NCBI GenBank assembly: GCA_028716905.1
Contig: JAQUOX010000002.1
Coordinates: forward strand, 1-43,082
DNA from: Minisyncoccota bacterium
GTDB lineage: Bacteria > Patescibacteriota > Minisyncoccia > Minisyncoccales > Minisyncoccaceae
Direction of reading: 5' to 3'
DNA length: 43,082 nt
Part shown: positions 1 to 9,541 of the stretch, piece by piece
How positions within the stretch are numbered: position 1 is the stretch's first letter
Layout: each line of letters opens with the position of its first letter
The notes under the pieces: generated by a model
What the model saw: only the letters and a program-made list of their open reading frames with translations
The model's database searches: none
What the model was told of the DNA's origin: nothing
Program-made: the position numbers and the translations under genes

Positions 1-442
1 GATCATAACCTACGCCTCCGATGGGATTGTTTGGTTTTATCCATAATCCAATTGTTAAAGCAGTCGTCGGTTTCAAGTTTGCTCCGTTCCCGCAATCCAC
101 GTAATCATCCGTGCCATCGAAAGCCAGGCAGCCCCCGGAAACGCACTCGGACGATGTTCTCCAGGAAGGAGAAGTGTAGCTTCCTCCTCCGGCTCCATAC
201 CAGGTGCCGGGATTGGTTCCCCATTGGTCCTGGGCCGTGGTTCCCGAAGCGTCGTCTAACCTCCATTCGGAAACCAGGTTCAACATCAGGGAATTCTTCA
301 ATGAATTGGAAAATGCCTGTCCTTTGGCGATTCTGGCCTTATCCGACACCCCGCTCATGGAAACGATAATGAAAGCGGAAATGATTCCGACAATAACAAT
401 AACCACCAGTATTTCGATGAGGGTGAAGGATTTATTGTTCAT
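1..442 (-). CDS. Type IV pilin-like protein (prepilin N-terminal methylation motif, LamG/concanavalin-like body). Partial: the 3' end runs off the window.
   Basis: Absent from the ORF track because it has no in-window stop. The reverse complement from the ATG at 442 reads MNNKSFTLIEILVVIVIVGIISAFIIVSM...LAFDGTDDYVDCG with no stop through base 1. FTLIE plus a hydrophobic helix is the class III signal. About 115 aa are near-identical to the 28946..29875 protein. Confidence 0.8.
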   Translation of the reverse strand, partial: MNNKSFTLIEILVVIVIVGIISAFIIVSMSGVSDKARIAKGQAFSNSLKNSLMLNLVSEWRLDDASGTTAQDQWGTNPGTWYGAGGGSYTSPSWRTSSECVSGGCLAFDGTDDYVDCGNGANLKPTTALTIGLWIKPNNPIGGVGYD

Positions 443-444
443 AC

Positions 445-1140
445 TTATGGCTGGAATATTGATTCCGGCAGCAAGATAACTTCATTCACGCCCGGAAACT
501 GCTTTGCCGTCTTTATTATCTGATTGGTCAGCAAAGAAATCCGGCAGGACCCGCCGGTGGTGAATCCCGGAACCTCGGTAAATTCCAGATACAAAACGCC
601 GTCCTTCAAATTAACGTCCAGCAGTTTGAAGTCCGGATTGGGAAACTCGGTGGTGAAGCCCTGAATTTTCTCCTCCTCGGTTAATTCTCCTTTGATTAAA
701 AGATTGATGGTGTCCTTAATCGGAGTCAGGGTCGTTTCAATCTTCCTGCCCACGGGCAAGACCGCGTCCGGACCGCAAGCCAATCCCTCGTCCTCCGACT
801 GCTTATAGTAGAAAAGCAAAACCGGGGTCTTGTTGATTTCCGGCTGTTCCTGCGTTGAATTTCGGTGAGGAAAAATCACGAAAAAAAGAGCAACCAAAAC
901 GAGAATAATCGTTATGACCCCGACCATGTCGGAAACCAGATTCTTCTTGGACAGCAGCATCAAACCCAGAAGCACGACAAGCAAAGGCCAAAGGCTGAAA
1001 AGATTGAAGTCAAAATCAATCAAGTCCAGATTTTTAAAAAGAAAAGCGAAACCGACAAGGATTATTATCAAACCGGCCAGAGCTTTGGTCAAGCTGAAAT
1101 CCGCGCCTTCGCATTCTTCAAACTTCTTTTTATTAAGCAT
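445..1140 (-). CDS. Membrane protein with a C-terminal GerMN-like domain
   Basis: N-terminal TM helices (LAGLIIILVGFAFLF, LWPLLVVLLGLMLL). The C-terminus VLLFYYKQ...LLIKGELTEEEKIQGFTTEFP...VNLKDGVLYLEFT matches my recollection of the GerMN pattern. Confidence 0.65.
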   Translation of the reverse strand: MLNKKKFEECEGADFSLTKALAGLIIILVGFAFLFKNLDLIDFDFNLFSLWPLLVVLLGLMLLSKKNLVSDMVGVITIILVLVALFFVIFPHRNSTQEQPEINKTPVLLFYYKQSEDEGLACGPDAVLPVGRKIETTLTPIKDTINLLIKGELTEEEKIQGFTTEFPNPDFKLLDVNLKDGVLYLEFTEVPGFTTGGSCRISLLTNQIIKTAKQFPGVNEVILLPESIFQP

Positions 1141-1141
1141 T

Positions 1142-1588
1142 TTATTTCTTAATTATTCTTACCCCGATGAAAATGATAATCAGGGCCCAGGCCACTCCCC
1201 AGGCGATGGAATTGAAAAAATTAACGTGGAAGAGTTGGGAGAAAAGAAGATTTAATCCCAGAATAATCAATATCAGCCCGAAGACATTTCGGCTGTTTTT
1301 TATCCAGGATTCGTCCCTCTTGATTTCCTCGGCCAGTTCTTTGGTTCTTCTTTTCGCTTCCTCGGCCAGATTGTCCTTATTCAAATCAAGCTTGTTTTCC
1401 TCTTTGGGCATGAGAACGGCCAGAATAAGGTAAAGGAAAAATCCCGAACCCCCGGCCATGACCAGCAGGATGAAAAGCAATCTTATCAGCAGCGGGTCTA
1501 TCTCGAAATATTCCGCCAGACCCCCGGAAACCCCGAAGATAATGCGATTTTTCTGCGAACGATAAATTTTCTTAATGTCATTTCCCAT
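1142..1588 (-). CDS. PspC domain-containing membrane protein
   Basis: KIYRSQKNRIIFGVSGGLAEYFEIDPLLIRLLFILL is the typical PspC N-terminal motif, followed by TM helices. Confidence 0.8.
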   Translation of the reverse strand: MGNDIKKIYRSQKNRIIFGVSGGLAEYFEIDPLLIRLLFILLVMAGGSGFFLYLILAVLMPKEENKLDLNKDNLAEEAKRRTKELAEEIKRDESWIKNSRNVFGLILIILGLNLLFSQLFHVNFFNSIAWGVAWALIIIFIGVRIIKK

Positions 1589-1622
1589 ATATTTTTACAT
1601 CTTAGCATTAATTATCATGGAT

Positions 1623-2057
1623 TTAAAGCTCGCCGATGTCTTCGAGCCAGAGCTTTTGGTTGTTCTTGATGAAATTTGCCATCACTTCCTTGGCTTCCTC
1701 CAAGTCCAAATCAACGACCTCGATTCCGTTTTCCTCCATAAACTTCCTGGCTCCCTTGAAATTTTCCGACTCGGCCGCTACTACTTTCCTGATTTTGAAT
1801 TCCACCGCCGCTCCGGCGCAAAGATGACAGGGCATGAGAGTGGAATAAAGAACGACGTCCTTATAACTTCCCACCCGGCCGGCGTTCCTCAAGCACTCTA
1901 TCTCCGCATGGGCGACTGGATCCCCTTCCTGCACCCTTTTATTGCGTCCTTGGCCGATTATCTTGCCGTCTCTGACCAAAACCGCGCCAATGGGAATCCC
2001 GCCCTCGGCCAGGCCTTTTTTAGCTTCTTTGATGGCTTCCTGCATGAGTTCGTCCAT
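1623..2057 (-). CDS. Cytosine deaminase, FCY1-type (CMP/dCMP zinc-deaminase fold)
   Basis: HAE (VAHAEIE) and PCxxC (MPCHLCAG) zinc motifs. The C-terminal LWLEDIGEL resembles yeast Fcy1 WFEDIGE. I placed the start at MDELMQ (2057), which abuts the upstream stop at 2059. The track's 2123 start would overlap the neighbouring gene. Confidence 0.8.
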   Translation of the reverse strand: MDELMQEAIKEAKKGLAEGGIPIGAVLVRDGKIIGQGRNKRVQEGDPVAHAEIECLRNAGRVGSYKDVVLYSTLMPCHLCAGAAVEFKIRKVVAAESENFKGARKFMEENGIEVVDLDLEEAKEVMANFIKNNQKLWLEDIGEL

Positions 2058-2058
2058 A

Positions 2059-3093
2059 TTATTTGAAATTAACGGGTAAAACCAGCTTCCTCTCGTTCTC
2101 TTCCAGGCCGCTGGCGTTTTCATTATAAAAAACCAGGGTGCCTGTTTTTGAATCCTTGGGGTCGAAAAACAAATAGGCCCGGAAATACACGGGCAGCTGC
2201 ATCCAATTTCCCGGTATCTCCAAAGTGGAAAACGTCAAAACATTGTTCCCGGCATCCAGAAGCTCCACCCTTCCGGCAAGCCCCTCAAAAGGAGCCCAGC
2301 CGTTGCCGTTGAGATATCCCTCAACCCTGATGAACGAATCCGCCCTGTCCCCTTCCTGAGGAGACAAGATATAGATTCCCTTGTTGACGGAAAAATCGTA
2401 ATCGCCGAATATCGAGGGACTTAAAATGTCTTCCAATCCGGAAAAGGGAACGATAACCTGAGTTTCTCCCGCGGCGTAGGGAGCAACCTGATAAGGAGGG
2501 AAATAGAAAATAAAGGCGTTTTCGGTGACGATGAATTTTTGGAAGTTATCCAGGTTTTCCCCGGCTCCTGCTTTTACCCACTCTTCGTCGGCAAACGGCT
2601 CCTCCATCAGCAAGTTGACGGAATAATCCGATATCCTTTTCAGAAAATCGGAATTCTCAACAAAGAACCCGGCCAGGTTCATTCTTTCCCCCTTCTCAGC
2701 GTCATAGGTAAAACAAATAACGTCATGGCCGGGATGAGCTCCTCCGGTAAAATATTCTTTATTGAATTTAAAGCTGATGATGTTCTGACCGAGCCGAGAA
2801 GAGAAATATCCGACATCAAGACTGTATTGTATTTCCATGTCCCCGTAAGAAACGTATTCTATTTCCTTGAAGCTTTTCACCTGCTCGTCAATGAAGGCTT
2901 TTATCTCTTGGTCTATTTTTTCCACACCCAGGGAAGGATAAGAAATCGCGATGGCTCTTTGGCCGTCTTCTTCCCGTATTTCATGGCTGGTGATTCCTCC
3001 CGAAAAAGGAACGGTTTTTTGATTGAAAAAAACCAAGGCCCCGGCTATCAATATGACGACAAAAGCGATAATAAAAATTTTTGTTTTGTCCAT
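2059..3093 (-). CDS. Membrane-anchored DUF3298/DUF4163-like protein with a C-terminal Gmad2 Ig-like domain
   Basis: N-terminal TM segment. YFTGGAHPGH is the DUF3298 signature. The C-terminus ILSPQEGD...VEGYLNGNGWAPFEG...GNWMQLPVYF resembles the Gmad2 pattern. Confidence 0.6.
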   Translation of the reverse strand: MDKTKIFIIAFVVILIAGALVFFNQKTVPFSGGITSHEIREEDGQRAIAISYPSLGVEKIDQEIKAFIDEQVKSFKEIEYVSYGDMEIQYSLDVGYFSSRLGQNIISFKFNKEYFTGGAHPGHDVICFTYDAEKGERMNLAGFFVENSDFLKRISDYSVNLLMEEPFADEEWVKAGAGENLDNFQKFIVTENAFIFYFPPYQVAPYAAGETQVIVPFSGLEDILSPSIFGDYDFSVNKGIYILSPQEGDRADSFIRVEGYLNGNGWAPFEGLAGRVELLDAGNNVLTFSTLEIPGNWMQLPVYFRAYLFFDPKDSKTGTLVFYNENASGLEENERKLVLPVNFK

Positions 3094-3103
3094 GGTATCA
3101 AAA

Positions 3104-4060
3104 TTATTGTTTATTGGAAGGATTCAAAGAAAAATACAGCCCGCCGTCTTTCTGGAAGGCGAAGCCGAAATTATTGTCAAAGACAAACAGCCGGTTGACG
3201 ATATTGTACGGCCCGAAAGATTCTCCGTCGATTTCCGCATACCACTGTCCCTGCTTTTGGTAAATAAAACCGTAATTCTTGTCGGAGACAGCCACCTCGC
3301 TCACGCTTTCGAAAGGACCGGATATTTTATCATTGATGTTAACGTGCCACTGGTCGCCTCTCGTAAAATAAGAAAAGCCGATGCTTTTGTCGGAAACCAA
3401 GATATCGCTGACGTCGTCATAAGGTCCGAAGGTCTTGTCCTTCGTTTTTATCTCCGTCTTTCCGTCTTTGAAATAGCTGAAGCCGTAGTTGGAATCGGAA
3501 ACCGACAAGTAAAAAATGGGGTCGTTGTAGGGGCCGAAGTCCTCCCCGGAAACATGAACGTACCACTGGTTGTCCTTGAAATAAACAAAACCGTAGCTGG
3601 AATCGGAAACCGAGAGAGCCAAAATATTGTCGTAAGGCCCGTATGTTTTGTCTTTTATTATCACGTATCTCTTGCCCTGGTCGTAATAGGCGATGCCGTA
3701 ATTCTTGTCGGCCACGGAAACGAACATGATGTCGCTGAAAGGCCCGACAACCTTATTCTTAATCTTGGCATAGGCTTTCCCCTCCTCGAAATAACTGAAA
3801 CCGTAGCTGGAACTGGAAACCGATAAATGAATAATGCTGCTGCCGTAAGGCCCGACGTTCTTGCCCCTGAAATTAACGTACCATTTGCCCTCTTTTTGAT
3901 AAGAATAAGCATAACTTTTGTCGGCCACGGAAATTTGCATGAATTCCGAAGAATTAAAAAGTCTTGCTTCTGTTCCCTTTCTGCTGAAAAAAGAAACAAC
4001 GGCCCAAACAATCAATATCAGAAACAAAGCAACGAGTATTTTTTTAAATATTTCCTTCAT
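3104..4060 (-). CDS. Membrane-anchored protein made of about 8 tandem 35-37-aa repeats (beta-propeller-like), function unknown
   Basis: N-terminal TM helix, then a repeated unit with consensus LSVSDxxYGFxYfxxGxWYVxIxxKxxGPY, read directly from the translation. Confidence 0.7.
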   Translation of the reverse strand: MKEIFKKILVALFLILIVWAVVSFFSRKGTEARLFNSSEFMQISVADKSYAYSYQKEGKWYVNFRGKNVGPYGSSIIHLSVSSSSYGFSYFEEGKAYAKIKNKVVGPFSDIMFVSVADKNYGIAYYDQGKRYVIIKDKTYGPYDNILALSVSDSSYGFVYFKDNQWYVHVSGEDFGPYNDPIFYLSVSDSNYGFSYFKDGKTEIKTKDKTFGPYDDVSDILVSDKSIGFSYFTRGDQWHVNINDKISGPFESVSEVAVSDKNYGFIYQKQGQWYAEIDGESFGPYNIVNRLFVFDNNFGFAFQKDGGLYFSLNPSNKQ

Positions 4061-4083
4061 TTTTTTAAATAAACATTATTATC

Positions 4084-5886
4084 TTATTCAATTTCTCCTT
4101 CCTTGTTGTATTTAACCAAAAAGGCATCGCCTTTGCCCTTGCTCACCAAATTCAAGTCTTCGCTTGAATGAAAATCTATCTGGTCGTAGAATTTTCCCGT
4201 GATTATCGGATTGTCTTCGCTGTCGGCCGCCAAGCCGTAAATCGTTTGAATTTCATCGGCCAAAGCAACATATCCGCCGAAAGACCTGGCCCAGATAAAA
4301 TCGCCCTGAGAAGAATATTTGGCCAAAAAAGCGTCCGTGGCCTCGCCGAAGCTGAAGGCTTGCAGAAAATTCACTCCCTTGCCGGGGTCAAAATCAACCG
4401 AGTCCCGGAAATGTCCCGATATTAAAATATTGCCGGCGCTATCCAGCTTTATCTTCTGGGCGGAATCATAATATACTCCGCCGACGCTTTTCAACGCCAA
4501 CGGCTTTCCCTCCTGGTCGAGCTTGACAAAGAAAGCGTCTGCGCTCCCCTTGCTCGCAAGCTTGTAGTTATCCAAATAGATCGTGCCGCCGAAGTCGCCG
4601 GCCAGATAAACATTGCCCTCGGCGTCAACATCAATGGCGCCGATATTCACTTTGTCGACACCCGTTCCTCCCCACTTTTTGGCCAGAATAAAATTCAGGT
4701 TTTTGTCGTACTTGACCAAAAAAGCGTCGGCAGAACCGGCCGAACTCAAGCTTGTTTTATCAAAATTCATCTTGTCCTCAAAAAATCCGGCCACATAAAC
4801 GCTCCCCTCCTTATTGACTCCGACTGCCTGGCCCTGATTGATTCCTTTGCCGTTGATGGAAACTGCTTTCAAAAATTTGCCGTAAGAATCGAATTTGGCC
4901 AGAAAAGTGCTTCGGCTGTCCGCAGTAAACGTGTCTCCGGTTTTATTCCCGTCCCAATCGTCCAAATCAACGGTCCCGTCAAAAACCCCGACTAAATAAA
5001 CATTGCCGTCTTCGTCAATGTCCAAATCCATGCCCTCTTCAAATCTTGTGTCGCTGGAAGAAAAAGGAATGGTTTCAATATTGCCGAAAGCTCTCACCCA
5101 CAACAATTTTCCGTCCTTGTCGTATTTAACCAAAAAGGCGTCCCGGCCCGTTCCGCTGTTAATCAGTTTTTCTTCGGGATTGGGGTCAACGTCCATTTGC
5201 CCCCCGAAATATCCCGTTAAATATATATTGCCCTCTTTGTCCGTTTTTAAAGAATGGGGAAGGTCGGCGCCCACCGAGCCCAGGGAAAACCCCCAAATCA
5301 ATCTTCCTCCTTTGGCGTATTTGGCCAAATAGATATCAACGGCATTGTCGTTAATGGAGCCGCCCAAAGAAGTTCTTTCTAAAATCCCGGTACCCGGGTC
5401 CAAATCAATCGTTCCTTGAAAATATCCGGCAACGATAATGTTATCATCCTTGTCCACAGCCAAAGCTTCACCGGCATCGTCTTTGCCGTTGCCAAAGCTG
5501 AAAGCGAACGTTTTTTTCTCGTTCAAGGCCGAGTCTTCCGGCTGGATTTCCAAAACCGTGAATTCTTCTTTCGTTTCAATCAAAACCGCCCGGCTGTCCG
5601 CCTTGTAGTCCTCAAGAAAATATACCGTGGCCCCGAAAATCGCCAAAAGAAAAATCAAGAAGGCCGAACTGGAAACTCTTTTCCCTTCCGTCGCTCCCCA
5701 GCCCAAAAAAGCGAACGCCATAGTTAAAGACAAGGAAACGAGCAGGGTTATCGTCCACAAAGAAGAATTAAAAACAAAACCTAAAAATCTCAAGGGCAGC
5801 CATCCGCCCAGAAGAACGACCAAGTGAACCATGGTCGAAGCGCAGAAGAACCCGGAAAGAAATTTTGCCAATTCATTTTCCTTCAT
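4084..5886 (-). CDS. Membrane-anchored SBBP-type beta-propeller repeat protein
   Basis: Four N-terminal TM segments, then repeated DAFLVKYDKDGKLLW / DAFLAKYSSQGDFIW units typical of the SBBP repeat. The ATG at 5886 overlaps the corA stop as ATGA (5883-5886). Confidence 0.7.
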   Translation of the reverse strand: MKENELAKFLSGFFCASTMVHLVVLLGGWLPLRFLGFVFNSSLWTITLLVSLSLTMAFAFLGWGATEGKRVSSSAFLIFLLAIFGATVYFLEDYKADSRAVLIETKEEFTVLEIQPEDSALNEKKTFAFSFGNGKDDAGEALAVDKDDNIIVAGYFQGTIDLDPGTGILERTSLGGSINDNAVDIYLAKYAKGGRLIWGFSLGSVGADLPHSLKTDKEGNIYLTGYFGGQMDVDPNPEEKLINSGTGRDAFLVKYDKDGKLLWVRAFGNIETIPFSSSDTRFEEGMDLDIDEDGNVYLVGVFDGTVDLDDWDGNKTGDTFTADSRSTFLAKFDSYGKFLKAVSINGKGINQGQAVGVNKEGSVYVAGFFEDKMNFDKTSLSSAGSADAFLVKYDKNLNFILAKKWGGTGVDKVNIGAIDVDAEGNVYLAGDFGGTIYLDNYKLASKGSADAFFVKLDQEGKPLALKSVGGVYYDSAQKIKLDSAGNILISGHFRDSVDFDPGKGVNFLQAFSFGEATDAFLAKYSSQGDFIWARSFGGYVALADEIQTIYGLAADSEDNPIITGKFYDQIDFHSSEDLNLVSKGKGDAFLVKYNKEGEIE

Positions 5887-6803
5887 AACCACTTTTTAAC
5901 GTAAAATATTAAAAGGAAAACGGCCGCCGTTACGAAAGTAAAAATCAAGACATAAAAAAAGGCCAGGGGATTTTCCTGAAAAGGCAGACCGACGTTCATG
6001 CCGTAAATGCTGGCGATAATCGTCGGGATGGTGAGAATAATCGTAAAAGAGGTCAAAAAACGGATTGTCTTGTTCACCTGGTTGGTAAAAATAACCTGGT
6101 AGGACTCTCTTAAGCTCTTGATGCTTTTCACGTTAACCAAACATATGTCCGCCGACTGCTTGATGCTGATGATCATGTCTTCCAAAAGGTCCTCGTCGTT
6201 GCTGAAAAGAGGGATATATCCTCCGCCGGCTATCGCTTCAAAAACGTTCCTCGTCGGAACCAGGGCGGAAATATATTGATTTATGATTTCCTCGTTCTTT
6301 ATCAGGTCTATTATCTCCAGGCTCTCAACCTTTTCCAGGCTTTTCTTCTGATAAAAAACCTTGCTTCTGATGTTTTTAATCTCCTTGGTAAAATTTTTTG
6401 AAATTAAAAGAAGAATGTAAATTAAAAGCTTGCTTCTCTGGGTGGTGGAAAAATCCACTCCTTTTTTAATTGTTGCGTCAATTATCGCGTTCTGGGAATA
6501 AGAAATGGTAAAAAAATATCGGGGAGTAACGATTAAAGTTAAAAGGGTGGTGTAAATATCTTCCTTTTCTTCCTGAGGCGCCCTTAAAAAAACAAGAATA
6601 TTGCCTCCCTCTCTTTCAATGCGAGGAAGCTCGTAAGGATCCAAAGCGTCGTCCAAATCGGTCATCTCCAGTCCGGTCAGCCGGGAAACGTATCTTAAAT
6701 CGTCCGGTCCCGCCTTTTTGATGTTAATCCAACAGCCGTCCCGAACTTCTTTGATTTTTCCGAGCCTTTCTTTCTTAATGTCTTTAAAGTATATTTCAAT
6801 CAT
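5883..6803 (-). CDS. corA: CorA-family magnesium/cobalt transporter
   Basis: C-terminal two-TM region with the YGMN signature (IASIYGMNVGLPF). Confidence 0.85.
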   Translation of the reverse strand: MIEIYFKDIKKERLGKIKEVRDGCWINIKKAGPDDLRYVSRLTGLEMTDLDDALDPYELPRIEREGGNILVFLRAPQEEKEDIYTTLLTLIVTPRYFFTISYSQNAIIDATIKKGVDFSTTQRSKLLIYILLLISKNFTKEIKNIRSKVFYQKKSLEKVESLEIIDLIKNEEIINQYISALVPTRNVFEAIAGGGYIPLFSNDEDLLEDMIISIKQSADICLVNVKSIKSLRESYQVIFTNQVNKTIRFLTSFTIILTIPTIIASIYGMNVGLPFQENPLAFFYVLIFTFVTAAVFLLIFYVKKWL

Positions 6804-7257
6804 CTAAAATTTTTAAATCGTGACTAATAATTTTGACCTTGTCTTCAAAAACAAACCTGCCCCGGAAATTCTTGTCTTTCAGAAACAAAGGCAGCCAATA
6901 AAGGTCGTCGGGCCACATTTCCTCAAAGGGAATCTGGTGAACGTCAAACCACCGCGGCCTCATCTCTTCGGTTTCCATGGGGCGTCCTTCGTAATCGCCA
7001 ACCTTGAAAACGTGAACCTCTAAAATCTTGTCGTCGTCAAGATATTCGAACTCAAGTATTCCTTTCAGGTCCATTGCCTTGGCCCGGACTCCCGATTCCT
7101 CCAAAAGCTCTCTTTTCGCTCCCTCAATAATTTCTTCGTTCTCCTCAACTTTGCCTCCGAAACCGTTCCATCTCCCCTCTCCGAAGCCCCTCTTTTTCAT
7201 GCCCAAAAGAACCTTATTGGAATCAACAACCAAGCATAATGTACAAACTTTTTTCAT
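6796..7257 (-). CDS. Nudix hydrolase, MTH1/NUDT1-like 8-oxo-dGTP diphosphatase
   Basis: The Nudix box GGKVEENEEIIEGAKRELLEESGV, together with LLGMKKRGFGEGRWNGFGG and EMRPRWF...IPFEEMWPDDLYWLP, closely parallels human MTH1 as I recall it. I chose the ATG at 7257. The track start at 7281 is a TTG. Confidence 0.8.
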   Translation of the reverse strand: MKKVCTLCLVVDSNKVLLGMKKRGFGEGRWNGFGGKVEENEEIIEGAKRELLEESGVRAKAMDLKGILEFEYLDDDKILEVHVFKVGDYEGRPMETEEMRPRWFDVHQIPFEEMWPDDLYWLPLFLKDKNFRGRFVFEDKVKIISHDLKILDD

Positions 7258-7277
7258 TGTTTCATTATACCCGATTA

Positions 7278-7739
7278 TCAATTAATCGTCAAAATCGCGT
7301 AAGCCAGGTAGGTAGCGAAACAAACCCAAAGAAAATACGGCACAAGCAAAAAGGAAGCGATTAAATCCTTTCTGCTCAAAACTACGACAAGAAAGAGATT
7401 GGTCAGGTTAAGAATAACCATTTCCAGAACCGACCAGGCGATGAAATGAAGGCCGAAAAAAAGATATGTCCAAAACCAGTTTAAAAAAGCGTTAGCGATG
7501 AAAAGGGAAACGATTATCTTAAAGGATTTGTCGTGTTTCAATTTATTCCAAACAATCAGCGCTGAAATCGTTGCCAAAACATAAATTACGGTCCAGACCA
7601 GGCCGATAATCTTGCCTTCCGGAGCAATCAAGGGAAGGTTCAGGCCATTATACCAAACCATGCCTTTTTCCGTAATCGTCCCGCCGAAATAAGCCACAAT
7701 AATTGTGATTAAAGGAATGAAAAAATAATTAATTTTCAT
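7278..7739 (-). CDS. tspO: TspO/MBR family tryptophan-rich sensory protein
   Basis: Five TM helices with W-rich motifs (WYNGLNLP, FLNWFWTYLFFG). Confidence 0.8.
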   Translation of the reverse strand: MKINYFFIPLITIIVAYFGGTITEKGMVWYNGLNLPLIAPEGKIIGLVWTVIYVLATISALIVWNKLKHDKSFKIIVSLFIANAFLNWFWTYLFFGLHFIAWSVLEMVILNLTNLFLVVVLSRKDLIASFLLVPYFLWVCFATYLAYAILTIN

Positions 7740-8301
7740 ATTTTTTCGCTTTTATTATTTTTATTATCCCCATAACGGCCGAAGTTTCGGCCTCAACCTC
7801 CAAATGGTTTTCTTTGATTATGGCCTCCAGTCCTCCTTTAAAAAGATAGTTCTTGAAGCAATCGAAGTGATAATCGCCGGCCAGTTTTTCTATTATCCCC
7901 ACGAAAAAAGGCAAAGACGTGTCGTAATCGGCAATAATGATTTTCCCGTTCTTCTTGACCACTCTTTTGATTTCGGAAACAACGGCTCTCCTTAGTTGCT
8001 CGTCTTTCTCGTGAAGAGCCAAAGAAATGGAAACCGCGTCAAAAAATCCGGAAGGAAAAGGAAGGCATTCGGCATAAGCAACACCGAAATTAGCCCCGGT
8101 TTTTCTCTTTAAGGCGAACCCTATCATTATCGGGTCAAGGTCAATGCCGTAAACGAAATCGCTCTTCTTTGAAAAAAAAGAGGCCTGGGCTCCGGTGCCG
8201 CAGCAAACATCAAGAACTCTGTCCTGATTTTTAATTTCAAGAGTTTCGCAAATTTTCATCCTTGCCTCTCTCAATAAAAAATCAAAAATATCGTAAAGCA
8301 T
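7729..8301 (-). CDS. Class I SAM-dependent methyltransferase
   Basis: Motif I VLDVCCGTGAQ. FDAVSISLALHE is post-motif II-like. Confidence 0.8.
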   Translation of the reverse strand: MLYDIFDFLLREARMKICETLEIKNQDRVLDVCCGTGAQASFFSKKSDFVYGIDLDPIMIGFALKRKTGANFGVAYAECLPFPSGFFDAVSISLALHEKDEQLRRAVVSEIKRVVKKNGKIIIADYDTSLPFFVGIIEKLAGDYHFDCFKNYLFKGGLEAIIKENHLEVEAETSAVMGIIKIIKAKKYEN

Positions 8302-8305
8302 TTAC

Positions 8306-9541
8306 TTAGTCCTTTCTTAAAGCTTCAATGGGATTGATGTTGGCGGCTTTCTGGGCGGGGTAAACGCCGAAAAACAGCCCGACCGCGATTGAAAACAAAA
8401 TAGAGTAGAATACGGCTCCCAAAGAAATGGAAAAAGGCCAGCTCAAGCCGTAAGAATTGGCCACCGCATAAATCAAAGAGGTCAGACCTATGGCCATAAC
8501 AACCCCCAGCACGCCGCCGGAAAAAGTCAAAAGCACTGCCTCGGTCAAAAATTGGAACAGGATGTCCTTCTTTTTGGCTCCGATTGACCTTCTCACTCCG
8601 ATTTCAAAAGTCCTTTCCACCACGCTCACATACATTATATTGGTAATCCCCACTCCTCCGACCACGAGTGAAATGGCGGCCAAAGCTGCCAAAAGCAGGG
8701 TAATGCTGTTGGTTATAACCTCAGTCATCTCTTTGGCTTCAACCATTGTCATGACCTCGAAATCATCCCTGCCCGGGTCGTCGATATCGTGTCTTTCCCG
8801 CATTAAGGCAACAAGCTCCTCCTTTATCTGGTCCAGCTTGTTCGGATCCCGGGCCTTGACCGAAACCCCTAGCACGTAATCGGTGCCCAGCAGTTTCTTC
8901 TGGATGGTCTTGACCGGCAGATAAACAATCGAGTCCATGTCGAAAAAGAATACCTGTCCCCTTTTTTCCAAAACCCCGACCACTCTGAAGGGCTTTCCTC
9001 TGACGTAGACGTTCTGACCCACGGCCTCGTTGTCTCCGAAAAGATTTTCCTTGACCTTTGAGCCCAGCACGATAACCGAGCTCAAAGAATCTTCTTCGTC
9101 GGTCGTGTAAAATCTTCCTTCGGCGATGTTGATTTTCTCGACCAAAGGCGCCTGAGCCCCGTAGCCGAAGACAATACAGGTCATATTCTCTCCCTGGTAC
9201 TTGATTACTTCCTGGCTGGTGATATAGGCATAGTAAGCGGAAATGTTTTTCATTTTGGAAATCGCTTCAACATCGCTGTTCTTGAAGGTGGTGACGCTTA
9301 TTCCCGTGGCCATGTCCGTACCGCTCCCGGCTGTTCCCCGGCCGGGAACCCTGACCTCGACATTAACGACGTCCGAGCCGTACATGTCGATTTCCCCCAG
9401 AATCAACTGCTTTAAGCTGTCTCCCGACGCCAGCATCACAATCAAAGAAGCGATGCCGATAGCCACGGCAATCATTGTCAGAACGGCGCGTCCTTTTTGC
9501 TTCTTCAGGCTTTCGAAAGCGATTTGAAAATAATTACTCAT
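8306..9541 (-). CDS. ABC transporter permease, MacB/FtsX type
   Basis: N-terminal TM helix, large periplasmic domain, and a C-terminal FtsX-like three-TM bundle (ERTFEIGVRRSIGAKKKDI). Sits in an operon with the ATPase and adaptor genes. Confidence 0.85.
   Translation of the reverse strand: MSNYFQIAFESLKKQKGRAVLTMIAVAIGIASLIVMLASGDSLKQLILGEIDMYGSDVVNVEVRVPGRGTAGSGTDMATGISVTTFKNSDVEAISKMKNISAYYAYITSQEVIKYQGENMTCIVFGYGAQAPLVEKINIAEGRFYTTDEEDSLSSVIVLGSKVKENLFGDNEAVGQNVYVRGKPFRVVGVLEKRGQVFFFDMDSIVYLPVKTIQKKLLGTDYVLGVSVKARDPNKLDQIKEELVALMRERHDIDDPGRDDFEVMTMVEAKEMTEVITNSITLLLAALAAISLVVGGVGITNIMYVSVVERTFEIGVRRSIGAKKKDILFQFLTEAVLLTFSGGVLGVVMAIGLTSLIYAVANSYGLSWPFSISLGAVFYSILFSIAVGLFFGVYPAQKAANINPIEALRKD

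Noticed and set aside
31-479. Plus-strand ORFs 31..369 and 204..479
   Set aside because: They are antisense to the clear pilin reading frame (1..442, minus strand), which has a prepilin motif and a paralogue in the window.
3023-4011. Long alternative-frame ORFs 3023..3826 (+) and 3661..4011 (-) inside the repeat-protein gene
   Set aside because: The tandem-repeat nucleotide structure keeps several frames open. Only the 3104..4060 minus frame has a TM anchor and a coherent 35-37-aa repeat.
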